Part shown: positions 1-8,935 of the stretch, piece by piece
Layout: every line of letters begins with the position of its first letter
How positions within the stretch are numbered: position 1 is the stretch's first letter
Assembly (NCBI GenBank): GCA_029263195.1
Contig: JAJCXX010000084.1
Location: 65,713 to 129,712 of the forward strand
Direction: 5' to 3'
DNA length: 64,000 nt
Source of the DNA: Acidimicrobiales bacterium
Lineage (GTDB): Bacteria > Actinomycetota > Acidimicrobiia > Acidimicrobiales > Aldehydirespiratoraceae
Translations under genes and position numbers: made by a program
Notes under the pieces: model-generated
What the model was told of the DNA's origin: nothing
Databases searched by the model: none
What the model saw: the letters and a program-made list of their open reading frames with translations, nothing else

Positions 1-5
1 AACTG

Positions 6-626
6 GTGACAGCGGTGCATCCAGATGGTGTATCAATCGGACGTCTGACCGATGACGGCTCGGTCGTCTTTTCGTTTGGCGCGTGGTCCACGGTCACGGG
101 ATTCGTTCGACTCGGAGTCGATCACATTGCCGGCGGCCTGGATCACCTGCTGTTCCTGGTCGTACTTACGGCTGGCGTTGTCGGGCTCGGCGCGCGCCGG
201 GTCCGGTGGCGTGAACTCATCCGTCTCGTCTCGACGTTCACAGCCGGGCATGCCATCAGTCTGGGCCTCGCCTACTTCGGCCTCGTTTCAGTACCCGCGG
301 GCATCGTCGAGCCGGCCATTGCGCTCTCGATCGTCGTCGGCGCGGTCGCCATTCGATGGGAGTCGGCGATCCAACACCGCACCATGGCCGTCGCCGGCAT
401 CGGAGTGATTCATGGGCTCGGCTTCGCCGGCAGCCTGGCCAGCCAGGGCCTCATCGCCGGCAACCGATGGATGGCGCTGGCCTCGTTCAACATCGGAGTC
501 GACATTGCCCAGATTGCGGTCGTCTGCGTCATCGCCAGTTCGTTGGTCGCGTTCACTCACGTCCTCGGCCGCCTGGGTGAGAGTGCTTTGGGTCAAGCGC
601 GGCCAGACTGGATATCGAACTCCTAG
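6..626 (+). CDS. HupE/UreJ family membrane protein (probably 5'-truncated by the window edge)
   Basis: Motifs GVDHI..GLDHLLFL, FTAGHAISL, VEPAIALSI, GVIHGLGFA, FNIGVDIAQ. Confidence 0.85.
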   Translation: MTAVHPDGVSIGRLTDDGSVVFSFGAWSTVTGFVRLGVDHIAGGLDHLLFLVVLTAGVVGLGARRVRWRELIRLVSTFTAGHAISLGLAYFGLVSVPAGIVEPAIALSIVVGAVAIRWESAIQHRTMAVAGIGVIHGLGFAGSLASQGLIAGNRWMALASFNIGVDIAQIAVVCVIASSLVAFTHVLGRLGESALGQARPDWISNS

Positions 627-638
627 TGAGGTGTCGTC

Positions 639-956
639 TTGGCCAAGACAACTGTCGTCCACAACTTGCGCGATGACTTCGACGTCTATATCGGACGTGA
701 GGTGCCAGACCAAGGAATTCGCGCCAGCAAGTGGGGAAACCCGTTCGTCATGGTGGACGAGAGTGACACCGAGCGAGAGCGCGCCATTGCCGCTTACCGT
801 GAATGGGTAGTGAAGCAGCCTGAGTTGATGGGTTCGCTCGAGGAATTGCGAGGCCGGCGTTTGGGCTGTTGGTGTGCACCGAAGCGCTGCCACGGTGATG
901 TGCTGGTCGAACTCATCGAATCGCCTCAAAAACCCGTGGCGGCCCCGGCGTTCTAG
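639..956 (+). CDS. DUF4326 domain protein
   Basis: Motifs VYIGR, SKWGNPF, LGCWCAPKRCHGDVL. Confidence 0.85.
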   Translation: MAKTTVVHNLRDDFDVYIGREVPDQGIRASKWGNPFVMVDESDTERERAIAAYREWVVKQPELMGSLEELRGRRLGCWCAPKRCHGDVLVELIESPQKPVAAPAF

Positions 957-1075
957 GAATTGAGCCCCGATTTCGACTTCGACGCCTTCTTGTCTCTCTT
1001 GGACTGACGCTTCTCTTTTGCTGATTTGGCTGCGGGCGTCTTGGCGCTCCGCCCACCCTTGTCCTTGCCGGCCAT
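953..1075 (-). CDS. Small basic Lys-rich protein (40 aa)
   Basis: ATG at 1075 preceded by SD GGAGAGG; MAGKDKGGRSAKTPAAKSAKEKRQSKRDKKASKSKSGLNS; stop overlaps the DUF4326 stop. Confidence 0.65.
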   Translation of the reverse strand: MAGKDKGGRSAKTPAAKSAKEKRQSKRDKKASKSKSGLNS

Positions 1076-1155
1076 GTTGGCCTCTCCCTGACCGGGCTGA
1101 AAGCCGGCCAGGCTCCACCCTCTCACACCAGAGGGCCACGGGGTGCTGATCGCCT

Positions 1156-2121
1156 CTAGTTCCGGTGTAGTTGATTGAGAATGAGGCCGGTGACGACCAG
1201 GGCGGTGCCGCCGATCTGGCCCGGAGTGATTGTCTCGTCGAGCATGATCCAGGATGTGATTCCGCTGACGACCGGCACGGCAAAGAGGAGCGGGGCGACC
1301 TGGGTTGGCTCGAGTCGTTGGAGGACCCAGTTCCAGACCGACCAGGCGACGAAGACCGGAGCCACGACGAGCCACAGCAGGGCCAGCCAGCCGGTCGTCG
1401 TTACCGCCGACCACTCCTGGTTCGGCAGCTGCCAGGCAGTTGCTGCCATGACCGGGATGGCAGCGATGGAGATGCCGTAGGTGGTGAGTGTGACTGGCGG
1501 GTAGTGATCGACAAGGTCGCGGTTCATCAGCAGGTAGGTCGCATACGCGGCGGCAACTGCCACTGAGATCAGGTCGCCCCAGCCGAAAGAGACGGACGTG
1601 CGGGCGGTAACGAACATGGTCGTGCCGATGGCGGCGAGGCCGACGGCGACGAGCGAGGCGGCCTGGGGGAGCTGCCGCTGTCGTGTTGCGGTGATGGCCA
1701 GAACCCACATAGGTACCAGCGCCAGTAGCAGCGAGGCCGAGAAGGCGCTGGTGAAGTTGAGTCCGACGCTGAAGCCGAACACGTAACCCAAGAATCCGAC
1801 CAAGGCGACGAGCACCATCGGCCTGCGGTGTTGAGGTTCGATCGGACGGATCTGGTTCGTCGCGGCGATGACGATCCAGCCGATCGCGCTCATGGCGGCG
1901 AAGCGGAAGAAGTTGAACGTCGCCAGGTCGAACTGGTTCAATGCGTGCTTCGCGAACACGAAATTGATCCCCCACCCGAACACGACGACCGCGGCGATCA
2001 CCCACGCCCGACGGCTCTCTGACGACGCTTCGCGAACCTGCGCTGGTCGTCGTGTTGAAGAAGCGTTCGTGCCCACGGCCGTGTCGAGATCATGGAGGTC
2101 CTGGTCGATTCCGAGGCTCAT
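1156..2121 (-). CDS. EamA/DMT family transporter
   Basis: About 10 hydrophobic segments; WGINFVFAK, FRF, GDL motifs; ATGA overlap with the upstream gene. Confidence 0.85.
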   Translation of the reverse strand: MSLGIDQDLHDLDTAVGTNASSTRRPAQVREASSESRRAWVIAAVVVFGWGINFVFAKHALNQFDLATFNFFRFAAMSAIGWIVIAATNQIRPIEPQHRRPMVLVALVGFLGYVFGFSVGLNFTSAFSASLLLALVPMWVLAITATRQRQLPQAASLVAVGLAAIGTTMFVTARTSVSFGWGDLISVAVAAAYATYLLMNRDLVDHYPPVTLTTYGISIAAIPVMAATAWQLPNQEWSAVTTTGWLALLWLVVAPVFVAWSVWNWVLQRLEPTQVAPLLFAVPVVSGITSWIMLDETITPGQIGGTALVVTGLILNQLHRN

Positions 2122-2966
2122 GACAACCCGAGCCACAGCGCGATGCCGCCAGTGAGTGCGACGGCGATCAGGGCGAGGAGAACCGGGCCTCGCTTGGCAG
2201 GTGACACGGTCGGGAGCAGCTTGGTCAGCGCGGACATTGCCGCCATCGGGGGAGCGCTTCGCCATAGGTCTCGCTTTGCCCGGGGTCCGGCGCGATCGAG
2301 GACTTCATCGATGTAGCCGAGAGAGCGCACCAAGTTCGGCACGGTGCGAGCCAACTTCTCTCGCCGCAGGGCATTGCCGGAGACCATGGCTTCGAGCGCC
2401 TCCTCGAGCCCGCGCGTGTCGTTGGCCCACTGTGCCCGGAAGCGAATCGTTCCAGTCTGGTCAATCAGGTAGGCGGAGTTCGGCTTGGGGCTCATGGCCC
2501 GGTGAAGCGTGCCGTCGAGGTCGTCGACAGCCACCGCGAACTCGAACCGGTGGTGGTCCCGAAGAGCATGTGCCTGGGCGAGTTTGTCGGCGGCGGTGTG
2601 TGGCTGCGGGATGTTCTCGCCGGGATGTGCTTCCCGGACGTTGACCGCGACGAATCGGACCTGGTCGCCGAATCGACGGTGGAGTTGGTTGAGGCCGGGC
2701 CCGGATGCCTCGGTGAGCGGGCAGGTCAGCGAGCCGAAGACCATGAGGACCGGCTTGGTGAGTGCGGTACTGCGAAATCTGTCGCCGTCGGTTGTGGGTA
2801 GATCGAATGGCGGGACCGGGTCGCCTGCGCCAGGGTCTCGCCGGCGGAATCGCATGTCGGCCAAGATCAGTGGCAAGGAGAGACGGTCGAAGTCGTAGCT
2901 GTGGCTTAGTGCGTCGCGATTGGCGACAGCGTTGTCCTCATCGGCTGGTGTGTCGGTGGTTGTCAT
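2118..2966 (-). CDS. Iodothyronine deiodinase-like / redoxin thioredoxin-fold protein with C-terminal TM helix
   Basis: PPFDL, VFGSLTCP, VREAHP, VDDLDG and PNSAYLI resemble the deiodinase/peroxiredoxin-like fold; Cys at the Sec-equivalent site. Confidence 0.7.
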   Translation of the reverse strand: MTTTDTPADEDNAVANRDALSHSYDFDRLSLPLILADMRFRRRDPGAGDPVPPFDLPTTDGDRFRSTALTKPVLMVFGSLTCPLTEASGPGLNQLHRRFGDQVRFVAVNVREAHPGENIPQPHTAADKLAQAHALRDHHRFEFAVAVDDLDGTLHRAMSPKPNSAYLIDQTGTIRFRAQWANDTRGLEEALEAMVSGNALRREKLARTVPNLVRSLGYIDEVLDRAGPRAKRDLWRSAPPMAAMSALTKLLPTVSPAKRGPVLLALIAVALTGGIALWLGLS

Positions 2967-3589
2967 TGTTTTGCACCTTCCTCGTGCGTTGATGTCTGGG
3001 GGTGACCTTCTAGTTCTGCTTCCAGCTCACGGATGTGCTGCCGGAGCGGGCCTGTGAGCGCATCAACGTGCTCTTGGGTGAAGCGCGGGGTGATGAACTT
3101 GGGGCAGTTCCAGTCGAAGGAGACGACGTCAACTGTGATCGCCCCGTCACGGCGGGTGTCATTGCCGCCGAGCGTGTCGATCAGGTCGGACGGAGGTTCG
3201 AGGTGATGTGTGGCCAGCCCAAACAGTTTGAGCCGGGTTCGGCTCGGGTAGTCCACGATGATGATCGCCACCTTGTTGTTGGCGGCAATGTTTCCAGCGC
3301 TCACGTACTGACGGTTTCCGAGGCGTTCCACCCAGCCGATGGTGTGGTCGTCGATCACTTTTACGAATCCTCTAGAGCCGCCGCGATGTTGGACGTAGGG
3401 CCATTCGGTGTCGGACACCGATGCCATGTAGAAGCTGTCCGCGGCCTGTATGTGGCCGATTTCTCCCGTGTCGAGCCCGATCGGGTTCGGCCATGTTTCG
3501 GCGGCCCGGCTGTAGTGCTCCCGCGCTCCCTTTAGTGTTTGGAGTTCGGTGACCGGCGGCGTGAAGGCGATGTCGAAGTACTTTTCCAT
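2963..3589 (-). CDS. Pyridoxamine 5'-phosphate oxidase-like FMN-binding protein
   Basis: WPYVQHRGG..GF, GNRQYVS.GN, RLK, DWNCPKFITPRFT. Confidence 0.85.
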   Translation of the reverse strand: MEKYFDIAFTPPVTELQTLKGAREHYSRAAETWPNPIGLDTGEIGHIQAADSFYMASVSDTEWPYVQHRGGSRGFVKVIDDHTIGWVERLGNRQYVSAGNIAANNKVAIIIVDYPSRTRLKLFGLATHHLEPPSDLIDTLGGNDTRRDGAITVDVVSFDWNCPKFITPRFTQEHVDALTGPLRQHIRELEAELEGHPQTSTHEEGAKQ

Positions 3590-3601
3590 GATTGTTCCTT
3601 C

Positions 3602-3620
3602 GTACCGAACGATCGGTACA
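3602..3620. promoter_or_regulatory. Palindromic TetR-type operator, copy 1
   Basis: GTACCGAACGATCGGTAC just upstream of the PNPOx gene; the 18-mer TACCGAACGATCGGTACA recurs exactly at 4242-4259. Confidence 0.8.
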
Positions 3621-3665
3621 ATAGTGGGGTAGAGGGGCGCGCGAAAACGTTGGTCCAGGGGCGCT

Positions 3666-4229
3666 CTAGTCCCTCTGCAGGAGACGCTCAGGGAGCAGGG
3701 CTATCGCCCGTTCGAACGCGTTGTGGTTGTTGGTCGTTCGAGCCACCACCAGGGCGCCCTGAATGCTCGCAACAGCATCGGTGGCCCGGACCTGGGCGTC
3801 GCTACGGCTGTGCCCGGCGTCCCGAGAGAGCCCAGCCAAGACGCTGATCCAGGTGGTCATCGCCTGCTCGAGGAGGTCTGCCAGGTCGCCGGCCGGCTGT
3901 CCTATCGACATGGTGTCGAGCAGGCACGGCAGGTGTCCATCGTCGTAGAAGGACACGAGGTTTCGGCCGATCTCATTGATGCGGTCCTCCAGCGGCTCGT
4001 CGGTGCTGGCAGCAGCAAGGATGGTGGTGCCGAACCTGTTCGTGACCTCTGCGACAACAGCGCACGCCATATCGTTCTTTCCGGCGGGGAACCGGTGATA
4101 CAGGCTCGAACGTTTGAGGCCGGATGCGTCCTGGAGCCGGGCCAGGCTCGCCCCCTCGAACCCTTCCTGGCGAAAGACCTCGATAAGTCGGTCCATTAGG
4201 AGGATGTCAGAGACGAGTTTCGGAGGCAC
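3666..4229 (-). CDS. TetR/AcrR family transcriptional regulator
   Basis: N-terminal HTH FRQEGFEGASLARL..SGLKRSSLYHRFP.GK. Confidence 0.9.
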   Translation of the reverse strand: MPPKLVSDILLMDRLIEVFRQEGFEGASLARLQDASGLKRSSLYHRFPAGKNDMACAVVAEVTNRFGTTILAAASTDEPLEDRINEIGRNLVSFYDDGHLPCLLDTMSIGQPAGDLADLLEQAMTTWISVLAGLSRDAGHSRSDAQVRATDAVASIQGALVVARTTNNHNAFERAIALLPERLLQRD

Positions 4230-4241
4230 CTCGCATTTATA

Positions 4242-4259
4242 TACCGAACGATCGGTACA
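4242..4259. promoter_or_regulatory. Palindromic TetR-type operator, copy 2 (autoregulatory position)
   Basis: TACCGAACGATCGGTACA identical to 3603-3620, immediately upstream of the tetR start. Confidence 0.8.
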
Positions 4260-4316
4260 GTCAACCCATTTTCTGAGTTTGGTCAGCCGGAGGCGGTGGC
4301 TGCTCTTTGGCCGAGG

Positions 4317-4880
4317 TCAACCGGCAGTCTCGGTGGTCAGGGCGGCGAGGATTGTGGTCGTTGCGTCGCTGACGATGGTGGCTGCAGCGATGGGAATTTC
4401 GGCAACGAGTTCGGATACGGCGTTGAGCATGTGGCGGACAAGCTTCGTGGTGGTGTCGAGGCTCAGGCTGGGGCGGAACTCACCGGTCGTGGTGCCATCG
4501 GTCAGGGCGCGGTGGATCTGGTGTTCGAGTTCGTCGTCGAAGGCGGAGAGTTGGTCGCGCAGGTCGGGCGGGAGTCCGTGGTGGGTCTGGAGGGTGTGAC
4601 CGTGGCTGGAGATGGCGGCGACGTAGCGGACGAGTTGTTGGATCGTTTCGATCGGGGTGGAGACTACGGCCAGGGTCTGGTGAAGCCCGGCAATGGCCAT
4701 GTCGTTGTGGCGTGTCGCACCGTCGGCCAGGATGCTGGCCACGTCGGGGTAATGGTTGTAGAGGGTGGCGCGGGCGATGCCGGCGGTGCGGGCGATATCG
4801 ATCATGGCGACGGCGCTCAAGCCGTGGTCGGCGACGAGGCCGAAGGTGGCTTCGATGATGCGGTCCTGGGTGGTGGTCAC
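4317..4880 (-). CDS. TetR/AcrR family transcriptional regulator
   Basis: GTG start; HTH DIARTAGIARATLYNHYPD; last gene of the ABC operon. Confidence 0.9.
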   Translation of the reverse strand: MTTTQDRIIEATFGLVADHGLSAVAMIDIARTAGIARATLYNHYPDVASILADGATRHNDMAIAGLHQTLAVVSTPIETIQQLVRYVAAISSHGHTLQTHHGLPPDLRDQLSAFDDELEHQIHRALTDGTTTGEFRPSLSLDTTTKLVRHMLNAVSELVAEIPIAAATIVSDATTTILAALTTETAG

Positions 4881-4882
4881 GG

Positions 4883-5689
4883 TCAGGCGCCGTTTCGATA
4901 GAGGCGGACCGAGAGGGGCACGAACACCACGAGGAGGCCGATCGTCCAGCCTGCCGCCAGGATGATGTCGGTCGATGCGGGGGTGCCTTCGCAAAGGCCG
5001 CGGACGGCGTCGGCGGCGACGGAGATGGGTTGGTAGGTGGCGAAGGGCTGAAGCCAGCCGGGCATCGAATCGGCCGGGGTGAAGGCGGTGCTGGCCAGCA
5101 TGAGAGGGAACAGCCAGAACATCGACAGCATGCCGACCATGTCGGGCTGTCTGACTTTGGCGGCGATGGCGGCGCCGAGCCAGGAGAAGCCGAACCCGAC
5201 CGCTGTGGTGAGAAGGATCGCAGCGATTGCACCCTGGGCGGAGTCGAAGCGGTAGCCCATGACCAGGGCAAGTAGAGCAACGAGGACGAGCCCGACAAGG
5301 TTGCGGGCGGCATCGGCGATGGTGCGGCCGGCGATTACTGCGACCTGGCTCATTGGCAGTGAGCGGAATCGGTCGGTAACTCCTTCGGAGAGGTCGGTGG
5401 CGAACCCCATGCTGGTCTGTTGCGCTCCTTGCAGGGCCGTGATGACAAACACGCCGGGTACGAGGAACTGGAGATAGTCGACCCCGGCCCCGGAGCCGAT
5501 GGCGCCACCGAAGACGTAGTTGAACAGCACGAGAAAGAACACGCCCATTACCACCGAGAACACGAGCAACTCAGGTTGACGGGCGGTGCGGATCATGTCG
5601 CGCCACAGCATGGTCAACGTGTCCTGGGCAGCCCAACGGATGCGGTCGCGAGCGCTTGGTGCGAGGTGGGCTGGTGCTGTTGTGATCAT
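4883..5689 (-). CDS. ABC-2 type exporter permease (DrrB-like)
   Basis: YLQFLVPG, DRFRSLPMS, MPGWLQPFA..QP motifs; about 6 TM helices. Confidence 0.9.
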   Translation of the reverse strand: MITTAPAHLAPSARDRIRWAAQDTLTMLWRDMIRTARQPELLVFSVVMGVFFLVLFNYVFGGAIGSGAGVDYLQFLVPGVFVITALQGAQQTSMGFATDLSEGVTDRFRSLPMSQVAVIAGRTIADAARNLVGLVLVALLALVMGYRFDSAQGAIAAILLTTAVGFGFSWLGAAIAAKVRQPDMVGMLSMFWLFPLMLASTAFTPADSMPGWLQPFATYQPISVAADAVRGLCEGTPASTDIILAAGWTIGLLVVFVPLSVRLYRNGA

Positions 5690-6651
5690 CGTCGGACCTC
5701 CTCGGTCGGGGTGGTGGGGGAGCCGGTCAGGGCCAAGAAGACGTCGTCGAGGGTCGGCCGGCGGAGCTGGAAGTCGTCGATGGTGACTCCCGTGTCGTCG
5801 AGCTGTCTGAGTACGTCGAGTGACTGGGCGGCCCCGCTGGTGATGGGGAGGTCGACTTGGCGGCGATCGGGGTCGATCAGTACGCCGGCGACGCTGGCCA
5901 AGAGGTTCTGCGCCAGGGCCAGGTCGGTGTCGTCGGGGACGTGGATCTCGAGGACGTCACGGCCCACCTCGGCCTTGAGCTGCTCTGGTGTTCCCGCGGC
6001 GACGGTGCGACCTTGGTCGATGACCAGGATCTGATCGGCAAGTTGGTCGGCTTCGTCGAGGTACTGGGTCGTCAACAAGATCGCCGTGCCGGCTGCGGCC
6101 AGCTCTCGCACCGAGTTCCAGACCTCGGCCCGGCTGCGCGGGTCGAGGCCGGTCGTGGGCTCATCAAGAAACAGCGCCAGCGGATCCGCGACCAGGGCGG
6201 CGGCGATGTCGAGGCGTCGACGCTGTCCGCCCGAATAGGTCGAGGCCGCTCGGTCAGCAAACGTACCCATGTCGAAACGCTCCACGAGCTCATCTATGCG
6301 GGCGTGCCGGCGCTGGCGTGGAAGCTTGTAGAGACGGGCGAACAGCTCGAGATTCTCGCGGGCCGTCAGCTTCTCGTCGACTGCTGCCGCCTGTCCGGCC
6401 AGCCCGATCAGCCGTCGAACCTGCTCCGGGTTGCGGTCTACGTCGAAACCAGCGACGGTCGCGTTGCCCCGGTCGATCGGGATCAGGGTTGTCAACATCT
6501 TCACTACGGTCGTCTTGCCAGCCCCGTTCGGCCCCAGCAGCCCAAGCACTTCGCCGCGTCTGGCCGACAACGTCACGTCCTCGGCGGCCACAACATCGCC
6601 GAAGTGCTTGGTCAACCCGTTGGTCACGATCATGGCGTTGGAGTCAGACAT
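5686..6651 (-). CDS. ABC exporter ATP-binding subunit (DrrA-like)
   Basis: Walker A GPNGAGKT, YSGGQRRRLD, LDEPTTGLDP, TTQYLDEAD, PTLDDVFL. Confidence 0.92.
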   Translation of the reverse strand: MSDSNAMIVTNGLTKHFGDVVAAEDVTLSARRGEVLGLLGPNGAGKTTVVKMLTTLIPIDRGNATVAGFDVDRNPEQVRRLIGLAGQAAAVDEKLTARENLELFARLYKLPRQRRHARIDELVERFDMGTFADRAASTYSGGQRRRLDIAAALVADPLALFLDEPTTGLDPRSRAEVWNSVRELAAAGTAILLTTQYLDEADQLADQILVIDQGRTVAAGTPEQLKAEVGRDVLEIHVPDDTDLALAQNLLASVAGVLIDPDRRQVDLPITSGAAQSLDVLRQLDDTGVTIDDFQLRRPTLDDVFLALTGSPTTPTEEVRR

Positions 6652-6757
6652 AGCGTTCAATATAGCAGACAGAGTGTCCAGAGCGAGTATGAGTCGATTT
6701 CGGGTGGGGACCGGATGAACTCGTGGTCCCGTTGAGCGGCGTCGCTACGCTCGCGTC

Positions 6758-7294
6758 ATGCCCACCTACGTTGCGTTCCTACGTGGCCTCAACGTCCAGG
6801 GTCGCCGCGTGAAGAACGACGAGCTCTGCGCGTGCTTCGAGGATGTGGGCCTTGAGCGGGTGTCGGCATTCCTCGCCAGCGGGAACGTCATCTTCCATTG
6901 CGGTCGTAGGTCAGCGGCGAAGTTGGAGACCCAGATCGAGCTTGCCCTGACGGAGAGGCTGGGCTACCAGGTGCCGACATTCCTGCGCAACGCCGGTGAT
7001 GTCGGCGAGATTGCGCGGAAGCGGCCCTTTCCGAACGCCGCGGTCGAATCGTCGGCCGGAAACCTTGAGGTCGCCCTTCTCTCGACCTCCCCGACCATCT
7101 CGGCCCGCACTTCTGCGTTGGCTCTGGCGACTGCTGACGATCATCTCGACATCAATGGCCGAGAGATGTACTGGCTCCCGAAGGGGACACTGTCGGAGTC
7201 CGGGCTCAACCTGAAGACCCTGGGAAGGATCCTTGGTCCCATGACGATTCGAGCGCAGCGAACGATCATTCGTCTGGCAACGAAGCTTGGCTGA
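6758..7294 (+). CDS. DUF1697 domain protein
   Basis: YVAFLRGLNV, ASGNVIF. Confidence 0.85.
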   Translation: MPTYVAFLRGLNVQGRRVKNDELCACFEDVGLERVSAFLASGNVIFHCGRRSAAKLETQIELALTERLGYQVPTFLRNAGDVGEIARKRPFPNAAVESSAGNLEVALLSTSPTISARTSALALATADDHLDINGREMYWLPKGTLSESGLNLKTLGRILGPMTIRAQRTIIRLATKLG

Positions 7295-7330
7295 GCTTCG
7301 TTGTTGCTTGCGATCGAATTGCCGCGGTTG

Positions 7331-8809
7331 TCAGCTGGTGGTCGCGTCGTTGGGGAAGCGGTCGACGAGAATGTCGGCCCAGTGGGATCGGCCGGTATCG
7401 CGGAGGCGTTCCAGGTAGGCGGGGAGGTGGCCACGGGTGTGATAGGGCCCGCCTTCGGCCAGCACGATGTCCATCGGGTCGCCCAACCCGCCGAGTGAAA
7501 TCTCGACCTGTTCGGCGGTCCACTCCTCAAGCATGGTGGCGCCGTCGGCGACGAGGGTCGGGACGACGTCGGCGAGGTCGGTTGTCTCGTGGGGATCTGA
7601 CGCGACGTCGAAGAGCATTTCAGGGTTCCAGTGCGGGTGGTAGCCGTCGTGGAAGGTGCGGAGGTAGAGGTGGTCGCCCCAGCGGACGCCCCGCTGGCAG
7701 CTCCACGCCCCTTGTGACAGGAAGAGGGCGTCTCGTCCTGACTCCTCGCCGGCGAGCAGGGCGTTCTTCGCTGACTCTCCGCTCCACCATCCGGTGGGAA
7801 CCTCGATTCCTGCGAGATCGACCACAGTGGCGGCCATGTCGAGGTGGTAGTGCAGGCCCGCGTACGAGCGAGCCTCGACCCCGGGCCAGCGGAGGATCGC
7901 CGGGATGTGGCAGGTGGCCTGATCGGCGCCCTGGTGATCGGCGTAGACGCCGAGTTCGCCGAACGCCTCGCCATGGTCAGATGAAACCAACACGGCAGTG
8001 TCGTCGAGGACTCCGAGCTCGTCGAGCTTGGACATGATCGTTCCGACCGCGTCGTCCGCGTAGCGGATGCCGACGTCGTATCCGTCGAAGATCCCCTTCA
8101 CCGAGTCGGCCGAGTCTGCGTTCCATGGCTGACGTACGGGTGGAGGGCCCCACTCATCGGGGGTGAATCCCCACGGTTCCTGGGCGGAGTGCGGCCCGGC
8201 GAGGCCCCAGTTGTGCTGACGGACTTCCTCGGTGTGCCAAGCCGGTATCGGATCGCTGTCGAACGGGTTCCCGTACTGGTCGGGCGTGTTGTAGGGCGTG
8301 TGGGGATCCCACAAGTGAAGATGAAGGAACCACTCGTCGGCAGCGCCGCGGCGGTCGAGCCAGTCCAGCGCCCCGGGCAGGACCTCGTCGGCCCGTTCGC
8401 CCCCCATTCCCCGCATGAGGTTCATGGCCTCCATCACACCGTGGTTCCACCAGCTGGCCGAGTGGCGGAACGGAAAGCTCGAAATTGAGGCCGTGTGCCA
8501 GCCCGCCGAGTAGAACTTCGACGCCCACGCGTTCGCGGCGACCGCGCCAATGAATTGACGGGTCGAGCCCTCACCCCGAAGGTCCGAAGCGACACCGCCG
8601 TGGTTCACCACTCCGTTGCGGATCCCGAACATCCCCGTGGCCAGAGCGGTGCGGGAGGGCAGGCAGGGCACGTCCGACGCGTAGACGTTGTCGAAGCGGA
8701 CCCCCTCGGCCGCGATCGCATCGATGTTGGGCGACGTGTTGCGGTGGTAGCCGTAGCAGCCCAGATGGTCGGCCCTCAGGGTGTCGATGTCGATGTAGAG
8801 GAACCGCAT
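7331..8809 (-). CDS. Sulfatase (Cys-type, formylglycine-dependent)
   Basis: DTLRADHLGCYGY, CLPSR signature, WDPHTPY, SDHGE. Confidence 0.92.
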   Translation of the reverse strand: MRFLYIDIDTLRADHLGCYGYHRNTSPNIDAIAAEGVRFDNVYASDVPCLPSRTALATGMFGIRNGVVNHGGVASDLRGEGSTRQFIGAVAANAWASKFYSAGWHTASISSFPFRHSASWWNHGVMEAMNLMRGMGGERADEVLPGALDWLDRRGAADEWFLHLHLWDPHTPYNTPDQYGNPFDSDPIPAWHTEEVRQHNWGLAGPHSAQEPWGFTPDEWGPPPVRQPWNADSADSVKGIFDGYDVGIRYADDAVGTIMSKLDELGVLDDTAVLVSSDHGEAFGELGVYADHQGADQATCHIPAILRWPGVEARSYAGLHYHLDMAATVVDLAGIEVPTGWWSGESAKNALLAGEESGRDALFLSQGAWSCQRGVRWGDHLYLRTFHDGYHPHWNPEMLFDVASDPHETTDLADVVPTLVADGATMLEEWTAEQVEISLGGLGDPMDIVLAEGGPYHTRGHLPAYLERLRDTGRSHWADILVDRFPNDATTS

Positions 8810-8935
8810 CCGTCAGCTGATCTCCGTGATGGCGGCAACGACCGATCGTCCTCGCCCATTGGCCGGGAACCTATCACCGGACAAATCTTCACTGGACGCG
8901 AACCCTCTGCCCCTCGCGCAATGACGCTCAACAGG

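Noticed and set aside
6668-6678. GACA-GAG-TGTC possible operator upstream of the ABC exporter
   Set aside because: Too short and single-copy to support
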